A DNA stretch of 64,000 bases from Myxococcota bacterium (lineage in GTDB: Bacteria; Myxococcota; JACRCW01). The stretch's first letter is position 1, and each line of letters opens with the position of its first letter. Position numbers and translations under genes: made by a program. The stretch is from contig JBFMGU010000009.1 in the NCBI GenBank assembly GCA_040752415.1, positions 1-64,000 on the forward strand, written 5' to 3'. The notes beneath the pieces are model-generated. The model had not been told where the DNA came from and made no database searches. It saw only the letters and a list, made by a program, of their open reading frames with translations. Positions 52,335-60,800 of the stretch are shown here, piece by piece.

Positions 52335-53387
52335 GTGAGCCTGTTCATCTCTCCCGTCCGTGGCAGTGCCCCCAGCCAGATCCCCAACCCGGCTCAAAGC
52401 GACGCGTCGAAGCACACCGTGAAGGTGGGTGAGACGCTGGCGCAGATCGCCAAGGACCTGGGCATCTCGCTGGAGGATCTGCTCAACGCCAACCCCAACA
52501 TCTCCAACGAGCACAACATCCAGGCCGGCCAGGAGCTCAACGTGCCGGGTGCGTCCGGCGCGTCCGGCAACGCGATGCCCTCGCCTTCTCCGTCGGGCGA
52601 GGCCGCGCCCACCACGCGCACGCGGCGCAACACGCCCCGGTCCAACGGCACCTATGCGCGCGGCGGGGGAGCCAAGCCCACGCCCACCACTGGAGCCAAC
52701 CGTCGCACGCTGGAGCGCCGGCTTCCGCGCAACAACACCTCTGTCGCCGAGACGCCGCGCAACAACACGCCCACCGCCGAGACGCCGCGCAACAACACGC
52801 CGGCCGTGCAGAACGAGCGCACCACGCCGCGTGGCAACGGGCCGGTGAGCCCCACGGACATGCCCACCACCGGCGCCTCCGCGCGCACTGCGCGACAGGA
52901 CCGCGTGCCTCCCGGCGTGGAGGGCTCGCGTCGCATGGCGCGGAATGATGAGTCGCGGCTGCAGCGCTACCGCGAGGACTTCCAGGCCGCGGGACGTCGT
53001 CACAACATCGACCCGTCCATCCTGGCCGCCATTGCCAGCCGGGAGTCGCGCGGTGGTGCGGCGTTGGATCGTCGTGGGCTGGGCGACAACGGCAATGGGT
53101 TTGGCCTGATGCAGGTGGACAAGCGCTTCCACCGTCCCGCCGGCGGTCCCTACAGCCGCGCGCACATCGAGCAGGCCGCGGGCATCCTGGCGGGCTTCCG
53201 TGACCAGATTGCACGGGAGCGTCCCAACTGGACTCCCCAGCAGGTCATGAAGGCCGCCATCTCCGCGTACAACACCGGCAACGACCGCTGGCGCGACCCC
53301 AACAACACCGACTCCACCACCACGGGCCGGGACTACGCCAACGACGTCATTGCCCGTGCGCGCTACTTCCGGGAGCGGGGGTTCTGA
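52335..53387 (+). CDS. LysM domain + goose-type (g-type, GH23) lysozyme
   Basis: LysM HTVKVGETLAQIA...IQAGQELNVP; AAIASRES, GNGFGLMQVDKR, AISAYN, DYANDVIARA. Confidence 0.92.
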   Translation: MSLFISPVRGSAPSQIPNPAQSDASKHTVKVGETLAQIAKDLGISLEDLLNANPNISNEHNIQAGQELNVPGASGASGNAMPSPSPSGEAAPTTRTRRNTPRSNGTYARGGGAKPTPTTGANRRTLERRLPRNNTSVAETPRNNTPTAETPRNNTPAVQNERTTPRGNGPVSPTDMPTTGASARTARQDRVPPGVEGSRRMARNDESRLQRYREDFQAAGRRHNIDPSILAAIASRESRGGAALDRRGLGDNGNGFGLMQVDKRFHRPAGGPYSRAHIEQAAGILAGFRDQIARERPNWTPQQVMKAAISAYNTGNDRWRDPNNTDSTTTGRDYANDVIARARYFRERGF

Positions 53388-53392
53388 GGGGG

Positions 53393-53516
53393 CGGGAAGT
53401 TGCTTCCCGGGAAAAGGAAGTCAGGAGTCAGAATACAGAAGTCAGAAGGTGCTGAGCTCTCGTCGTCGCGGTACCGCATTCTGACCTCTGACTTCTGACT
53501 TCTGACTTCTGACTCC
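53393..53516. repeat. Hairpin plus inverted heptamer arrays (AGTCAGA)n / (TTCTGAC)n between convergent genes
   Basis: CGGGAAG-TTG-CTTCCCG; about 4 units at 53419-53446 and 5 units at 53479-53513. Confidence 0.8.
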
Positions 53517-53535
53517 CTTTCTTGAGCCCCGCGCT

Positions 53536-54900
53536 TCAGCGTTCAAGCACCGGCAGAATGAACGTATCCACGTAGGGCCGTTCATCCTTGCGGGACAACT
53601 GGAAGATCCGACTGCCGAACGCACCGCTCAGGAAGTCCTTCTCCGTGACCCACGCGGTGCGTCCTCCGTCGGGGTCGGACACCAGGAACTCGCGACGCGG
53701 CTCGCGCCCCTTCACCGCGCTGAGCAGCATCCAGTGCGCCGGCTCGGAGATGCCAAAGGGCACGTCGACACCGCGGCGCAGCGCCGCCTCGACGGCATCC
53801 AGGTGCCGTCCCGCCTGCCCCCGCGCGAATCCCTCGACGGGGTGCGTGCTGCGGTAGCGGATGCCGGTGCGCGGGGTGATCACCTGCTCCAGGGCGCGGA
53901 TGAGCGACTCCGTCGCCAGGCCCTCGTCCTTGTTGGGGATGGGATTCTGTCGCAGGCGCACCAGCTCGTCGGCGGAAGGGAAACCGGCGTAGCGCTCCCG
54001 GCAGGCCTCCAGCGCGCGTCTCCCCGACGTGGTGAGCGGCGCACCCTTCAGCGCGTGCGCCAGCAGCGCTTCCTTCTGCACCAGCGTGACCTCGTTCCCG
54101 GCGTGCAGACGGCCCAGCGCGTTGCGCAGGCGTGAGCGCAGCAGCGCCTCCTGGCGCCCCATGGCAATCCCCCCGCCCGCCTCCAGCAGCCGCTTCTGGA
54201 AATCCGCGATGGGCCCGGTGACGTCGTCACCCTGGATGCCGTGCTGGTGCAGGAACAACGCGTAGGCCGGGTCTGCCTCCGCCAGCATCATCTGCACCAC
54301 GGTGGTGCCGCACGACGCGGTGAAGCGCTGGAACAGCCCGTCGTTGTCCGCGGCGTGCACGTCCCCGCGCGGAGCGCGGATGCTGCCCCGACGTCCCCAC
54401 CACGCCAGCGGGTCCACCGCGCTGTGGTTGGTGGTGGAATCCAGGTCCAGGCTGGTGGCATGACGACGTGCTTCCTCGTCATCCAGGCCGCGCAGCGTTT
54501 TGGCCAGCGACGTGAGCTCACCGAGCGCGGTGGCATCCGGGCCCGCGGCGAGCACCTCCGCACGCGCGGAGACGGCGCGCAGCAGGATGGCGGATTGGAC
54601 CGGGGTGAGGTCGCCGGAGACTGCCTCCACCGCGAGCTTCACGTCGGGACGCGCGCGCAACAGCCGGTCCACGCGCTGGGATTCATGCGCGGTGAGGATG
54701 GGCTCCACGCCTTCCGGCCCGTCGCTGCGACGCAGCCGGCTGGCACCCTCCAACGCCACGGAAGCACTGCCCGCACCGCGCTCGAACGCATCCTCCCGAC
54801 GACGCGGCGCCGACGGAGCACGGCTTGGACGCGCGCCCTCCGCCTCCGGCATCCGCGGGGTCGGACGCATGCCACCGGTGCGCGTGCGGACAATGCCCAT
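53536..54900 (-). CDS. Hypothetical protein with putative papain-like/C39-like Cys-His-Asp triad
   Basis: LFQRFTASCGTT...PAHWMLL...FLVSDP. Confidence 0.7.
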   Translation of the reverse strand: MGIVRTRTGGMRPTPRMPEAEGARPSRAPSAPRRREDAFERGAGSASVALEGASRLRRSDGPEGVEPILTAHESQRVDRLLRARPDVKLAVEAVSGDLTPVQSAILLRAVSARAEVLAAGPDATALGELTSLAKTLRGLDDEEARRHATSLDLDSTTNHSAVDPLAWWGRRGSIRAPRGDVHAADNDGLFQRFTASCGTTVVQMMLAEADPAYALFLHQHGIQGDDVTGPIADFQKRLLEAGGGIAMGRQEALLRSRLRNALGRLHAGNEVTLVQKEALLAHALKGAPLTTSGRRALEACRERYAGFPSADELVRLRQNPIPNKDEGLATESLIRALEQVITPRTGIRYRSTHPVEGFARGQAGRHLDAVEAALRRGVDVPFGISEPAHWMLLSAVKGREPRREFLVSDPDGGRTAWVTEKDFLSGAFGSRIFQLSRKDERPYVDTFILPVLER

Positions 54901-54907
54901 GCTCAGC

Positions 54908-55243
54908 TCATTCCTCGTCCTCGAGGATCTCGCGGATGGTGTTCTCCAGCTCCACGATGGCGTCCTCCAGCTCCGGCTCCTGCGCCTTCAGCAGCGTGGC
55001 GGCGCGCGTGTTGCTCACCGGCCCCTCGCGCAGGAGGACCGAGAGGTAGCGCTGTGAAAGTGGCGTGAGCTCCGCCAGCAGGTTGCGCGCGTCAATGGCC
55101 ATGTCCGGGTCGTCCTGGATCTGCTCCAGGCGGGTGATGATCCAGATGGCCCTGCGCTCACCGGGTTGCTCGGCGCGCGGCGCGCCCTCGTCGTGCTGGT
55201 CGTCGTCGGCGGCCTTCCTGGGGGCGGACTTTCGCGTTGCCAC
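54908..55243 (-). CDS. Small hypothetical protein, probably co-transcribed with the C39-like gene
   Basis: GGAGG upstream; 7-bp gap to the next gene. Confidence 0.7.
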   Translation of the reverse strand: MATRKSAPRKAADDDQHDEGAPRAEQPGERRAIWIITRLEQIQDDPDMAIDARNLLAELTPLSQRYLSVLLREGPVSNTRAATLLKAQEPELEDAIVELENTIREILEDEE

Positions 55244-55341
55244 GTTTCCTCCGTGTGGGCTCGCAGCATGCGTTCCTCGCCGCCAAAGCGCAACGGATCG
55301 TGGTCAGGCTCCTCTGCGTCTGGTACCCAACGGGTGAGCGC

Positions 55342-56163
55342 ATGGCGGAGTTGATTCAGCAGGTGATGGTGGTGGCGCTGCTCGTCAGCGTGATGCTGGC
55401 CATGGGCCTGGAGCTCACCTCCCGCCAACTGCTCGACAGCGTCCGGCCGCCCGGCCCCATGCTCTTCACCCTCGTCCTCAACCTGCTCGTCGTCCCCGCG
55501 GCGGCGTGGGCGTTGACGCGCGCGGCGTCGTTGCCGGCGGAGGCGGCGGCGGGAATCCTGTTGTGCGCGTTCTCTCCCGGTGGTGGCACCGGCGCGCTGC
55601 TGACAACGCACGCGCGCGGCAACGTGGCCTTCTCGGTGGCCCTGCTGGCACTGCTCAGCCTGGCCAGCGCATTCACGACGCCACTGTGGGTCTCCGTGGC
55701 GCTGCCCACGCCCCAGCCGGTGGAGATGGGCGCGGTGGCGCGCAGCGTGTTGGGCACGTTGGTGGTGTTGCAGGTGCTGCCGCTGGCGGCGGGGATGGCG
55801 CTGCGTCGCGTCTCGCCGCCACGCGCGGACCGGTTGCGGCGCGTCTTCTCCACGACGGGGACAGTGCTCCTTGCCGTGCTGGTGGTCGGGCTCTTGGGGC
55901 GTCACGGCGCTCGCGCGCTCGAGTTGGGCGCGGCACCGCTGGGCGTCATGACGGCGTGCGTGGGGATCAGCCTGGGGACGGCGTGGGTGCTGCCCTCGTC
56001 GTGGCGGGCGGCCGGGGTCATGACCACCGCGGTGCGCAACCTCTCCACCGCCATCCTGGTGGCAACGCTCCACTTCCCGTGGCCGTCGGTGATGTTGGCC
56101 ATCCTGCTCTACGGGCTGGTGATGTACCTGGTTTCCCTGGCGGCCCTGGCTGCGCTGCGCTGA
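55342..56163 (+). CDS. Bile acid:sodium symporter (SBF/BASS) family transporter
   Basis: MLAMGLEL, SPGG, GNVAFSV, VRN; many TMs. Confidence 0.88.
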   Translation: MAELIQQVMVVALLVSVMLAMGLELTSRQLLDSVRPPGPMLFTLVLNLLVVPAAAWALTRAASLPAEAAAGILLCAFSPGGGTGALLTTHARGNVAFSVALLALLSLASAFTTPLWVSVALPTPQPVEMGAVARSVLGTLVVLQVLPLAAGMALRRVSPPRADRLRRVFSTTGTVLLAVLVVGLLGRHGARALELGAAPLGVMTACVGISLGTAWVLPSSWRAAGVMTTAVRNLSTAILVATLHFPWPSVMLAILLYGLVMYLVSLAALAALR

Positions 56164-56178
56164 CGTCGGGAAACGCGC

Positions 56179-56652
56179 TCAGCGCGCCAGCTCCGCCCAC
56201 TCCTTGTTCATCCGCGCCGCCCCCAGCTGCAGGGAATCAAACTCGTCCATCTCCCCGCGCGTGGTGACGCCCAGCATGCGCAGCGCGGTGTTGATGGGCT
56301 TGTGGTGCAGCGGCATGCGGACCCCCGAGGTCTCGTCGTCGATCACGGGACCAAAGACCAGCGTTCCGCCACGCCACACCGCCGCCGCCTGCTTCCCCAG
56401 CCCGGCGAAGTACTCGGTCTCCAGGTAGGCCACCGCGCCCGCGCGGGAAGCGGCCTCCAGGCGCGGAACCCACGCCCGGGTCAACGCGCGGAACGTGGAC
56501 CCGAACGCAAGCGCTTCCGCTCCAGCCTCCTCCGTCGCCACGACGAGGAGCTCGAAGTCCTGCGGCAGGGTGACCAGGGCAGCTCCGCATTCCGCGGCCA
56601 GCGACGCGAGACAGCCACGCGTTGCCACAACAACTTCAATGCGGTGTGCCAT
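56179..56652 (-). CDS. Hypothetical protein
   Basis: VAYLETEYFAGLGKQAA, PINTALRMLGV, DEFD motifs look conserved. Confidence 0.7.
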   Translation of the reverse strand: MAHRIEVVVATRGCLASLAAECGAALVTLPQDFELLVVATEEAGAEALAFGSTFRALTRAWVPRLEAASRAGAVAYLETEYFAGLGKQAAAVWRGGTLVFGPVIDDETSGVRMPLHHKPINTALRMLGVTTRGEMDEFDSLQLGAARMNKEWAELAR

Positions 56653-56761
56653 GGGCCTTGCTCCGAGATCCCGGTCCAATCAGAACGGATCACCCGGATG
56701 TCCCGCGCAGGCAAGTCCGCGCCGCGTGACAATTGCGTGTCGGGGGCACCCCCGCCGAGGC

Positions 56762-57580
56762 TCAGGCCAGGCCCAGCCACGTCACGAACGCCGCAGCCAC
56801 GCCCGAACCCACCAACGTCGCCACCGCGTTGACGGCGTCATTGCCAAACCAGCGCCAGCCGCGCACGTGCCGCGTCCGCGTGCCGCAGTGGTGCACCTCG
56901 CCCTCCGTCTCCCGACGACACGTCTCGCAGTGGAACGCTGCCTGCACCGTGGCGCCCAGCACGCTGTCGCTCCACGCGCCCACCACACCGCCCAACGCCG
57001 ACGTGAGCACGACGACACCAGCCCCCATCCGCACCTCCAGCCCCGTCCCCGCCGCCACCAGGCCCACCAGCAACGCGCCGCCCAGCGTGGCCAGGAGCCC
57101 CAGACCGGAGACCGCGCCGGACGTGCCCCGCGGGACGCGCTTCAACGTCAGCACGGACACCGGGTCACGACGAGAAAGGATGCCCAGCTCCGTGGCCCAG
57201 GTGTCGCCGTTGGCGGTGGCCAGGGCTCCCAGGAACGCGGCGCTGGCCCGCACGTCCGTCGTCGCGAGCATGACCAGCGCCAGCACCGCCGCCACGCCGC
57301 CATTGGCCAGCGCCTGCCACCCATCCCGACGATCTCCCTTGGAGAACTCCAGCTTGGTGACCTCCTTGCGCGCGCGCCCCACCTTGCCCAGCAGCGTCGA
57401 GGTCACGAAGAAGGTCACCAGCACCCCAAACCCCGACACCCCGGCCCCCACGCAGATGCTGGTGCCAATCGCCAGCGCGGCCAACGCGCCCGAGCCAGAG
57501 AGCGAGCCCCGTCGCCACGCGAACAGGGCAATCACCGCGCTGCCCACAACGCCGAGGAGTAAGCGGTGGAGGAGGATCAT
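56762..57580 (-). CDS. DUF92 (TMEM19-like) membrane protein
   Basis: RDGWQALANG, GDTWATELG, GTSGAVS, DSVLGATVQ, CETC...HCG, NDAVN. Confidence 0.92.
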   Translation of the reverse strand: MILLHRLLLGVVGSAVIALFAWRRGSLSGSGALAALAIGTSICVGAGVSGFGVLVTFFVTSTLLGKVGRARKEVTKLEFSKGDRRDGWQALANGGVAAVLALVMLATTDVRASAAFLGALATANGDTWATELGILSRRDPVSVLTLKRVPRGTSGAVSGLGLLATLGGALLVGLVAAGTGLEVRMGAGVVVLTSALGGVVGAWSDSVLGATVQAAFHCETCRRETEGEVHHCGTRTRHVRGWRWFGNDAVNAVATLVGSGVAAAFVTWLGLA

Positions 57581-57802
57581 CCGCCGGACATCATGCCCTG
57601 CACGTCGGGGCGGCGGCCAAGGAAATCGAACCCCTCGTGACGTCGTGGGACCCGCCGCATGCGCGACCAGGAAACAGCTCAAGGTGGCTCACGGGGAATG
57701 AGGCGATGTGCCACTTCCAGGGGTTGGGGCCGTGGAGCCACGTCGGGCGCGGTTGACGGGCAAGTTTCGGGCGCGTTATCGTCGGGAATGGGCGGTTCCC
57801 TC

Positions 57803-60800
57803 ATGAACCGCAGGTCCTACATGACACCACGCGCGCTCCTCCTGCGGGCCCTTCCCCTCGCTACCCTGGCGACCGGTTGCTACTTCCTTCCGACGGATGA
57901 GTACCCCTGCAGCAGCGACGCGGACTGCGCCGGGTTGCCGCGCTCCATCTGTGACGTCGAGAAAAACGTCTGCACCAACACCACCATCGTCACCATCCTG
58001 CCCTGGCTCCAGGACGGCGGACTCCAGACGGTGGTGGATTCCGGCGTGGTGGTCATCATCAAGGACGGTGGTCCGCCACTCCCGGACGCCGCCACATCCG
58101 ACGACGCGAGCATTCCCGACGCGGCCACCAACCCGGATGGCGCGGTGATCACGGATGCGGCTGTCGCGGGGGACGCTGCGCTCTCCGACGCAGGCGTCGT
58201 CGACCTGGATGGCGGCACCACCGACGCCGCGACGAGCGACGCCGCCGTGGGAACGGACGCGGGAGTCGACTTTGACGCCGCGGTGGGCGTGGACCGCTAC
58301 CTTCCGCCCGGCAATCGCGCGCCGGTGGCGTACGGTGGCGCCTTGCTCACCACGCCGGGTGTCACCGGCACCGGCACGCTGCGCGCCGAGGATCCCGACG
58401 GAAACGCGATCACCTACGTGCTGCTGGACCCGATTCCCGAGGGGCTGACGCTGTTGGATGCGAGCACCGGTCTGTACAGCTTCACCTCCAACACCAGCGG
58501 CGCGCTGACCTTCCGCTTCCGCGCCACCGACGGACAGCTGACCTCCAATGAGGCCCTCGTCGAGGTGCGCGTGGTGGGAGACTCGTTGCGCAGCCGCACG
58601 TGGGTGGGTGGCGACGGGAGCAATCCGCGCGGCTGGGCCGTGGCCAACAACTGGAGCCCGCCGCAGATCCCGGACACCAACGACGACGTCCTCATCCCCG
58701 ACACCACCAATGACCCGCTGGTCTCCGCCAACGCCGTGGTGCACTCCATCTACGTGCTCGCCGGGGCGGAAATCGAGGTGGGCGGGACGGCGGAGCTGAA
58801 CGCCAAGGGTGACGTCATGGCGGGCGGTCTGACGCGGGGCACGGGCAAGCTGGTGATGGAGCCGCCAGCCAACGCGCCCTCCAAGGCATTCGGCACGTTT
58901 GGCAACCTGGACATCCGCGCCAACGCCGGCACCCTGGGCCCCGTCCTCGCCGACACGCTGCGCGTTGCCGGAGCGCAGTGGTTCGGCCAGCAGGTGCAAT
59001 TCACCGTCGGGGGACAGCGGATCGAGGTCACGCGCACGCTGACCACGGAGAACGGCGGCACGCTGGTGATGACCAGCCCGCTGGATTACGTCGTCGTGGG
59101 AGGCAAGGCCACCTTCAATGGCAACTCGCAGGGTGTGCTGACCAACGGCGTCCTCGAGCTGCGCAATGACCTGGACATCCTCGGCGGTACCGCCTTCACC
59201 GCCAGCGACGAACACAAGGTCCTGCTCACCGGCAGCTCCCAGACCCTGCGCATGAGCGGCGGCGGCACCAACAACTGGAGCGCACACCTGCAGGATCTGG
59301 AGGTCCAGTCCACGCTGGGCGTCACGTTCACCTCCGTCAATGGCGACAACTCCGAGCACGTGATCATGGGCAATCTCGACGTCACCAGCCCCACCGTGAC
59401 GTTGCGGGGCAGCCAGACGGTGCGCGTGCTGGGCGATTTGGTCACCGTGGAGCAGAGCACCGTGGACCTTGCGGGGATCGTGTTGACCGCCACCACGGGA
59501 ACCGAGCTCGTGGCGGGAGCGTTCACGCCAGACACCGTCACCTTCGCGGCCACGACGGAAGCCACCATGAAGTCGGGGCTTGGCTACCAGGCGGTCCGCG
59601 CGCTGGGCCCGGTGCTCGTCGCGGACGGCAGCACCATGGACGCGCTCTCACTGCAGGCCACCACCGCCGTGGTCCGGCTGGAAGGCAACGCGACGGTGAA
59701 CGGCAACGTCAGTGTGGAGCTGGGTGAGCTGGTGGTCGACGGCGCGGACGACGTCACCGTCAGCGGTTCCTTCACCACCGTCTACAACGTCAGTGGTGGC
59801 GGCACGCTGCGCATGGAAGGTGGCGAGCTCGACGTCACGGGCGCGGTGACCTTCGGCGGCGGCAACACCAACAACAAGCTCATCGGCGGGACGCTGCGCG
59901 CACGCGGCGCTTTCGACGCCACCACCTCCGGCGCGTTCACGGCGGGTGGTGAGCACACGGTGATCCTGGAGGGCGCGGCCGCGCAGACGGTCCGTTTCAC
60001 TGGCGGCGGTGTGAACACCTGGCAGAACCACTTCCAGCACCTGCAGGTCCTCTCCGGTGGCAACCTCACCTTCACGCCCTACAACAGCGACACCGGTGAA
60101 ACCGTCATCATGGGCAACCTCGACGTCGACACCGCCGTGACGCTGACCGGCTCGCAGCCGCTGCGGGTGGTGGGCACGTTGGACACGGTGAGCGGCAGCA
60201 CCATCGACAACAACGCCATCCTGCTCGGCGGCCAGTCGGGCACCTCGCTGGTGGCGGGTGACTTCACGCCCAACACGGTGACCTTCCTCTCGTCGGGGGG
60301 GGATGCGCCGGCCAAGGCGGGCCTGGGTTACCGCACCGTGATCGTGCAGGGCACCGTGACCTTCGGCGACGGCGCCACCATGAGCACGCTGACGCTCAAC
60401 ACCAGCACCGCCATTGCGCGCTTTGCTGGCGTGGCCACGGTGAACGGCAACGTCAGTGTGGACCTGGGAGAGGTTGTCGTCGACGGCACGGACGGTGTCA
60501 CCGTCACCGGTTCCTTCACCACCGTCTACAACGTCAGTGGTGGCGGCACGCTGCGCATGGAAGGTGGCGAGCTCGACGTCACGGGCGCGGTGACCTTCGG
60601 CGGCGGCAGCACCAACAACAAGCTCATCGGCGGGACGCTGCGCGCACGCGGCGCTTTCGACGCCACCACCTCCGGCGCGTTCACGGCGGGCGGTGAGCAC
60701 ACGGTGATCCTGGAGGGCGCGGCCGCGCAGACGGTCCGTTTCACTGGCGGCGGTGTGAACACCTGGCAGAACCACTTCCAGCACCTGCAGGTCCTCTCCG

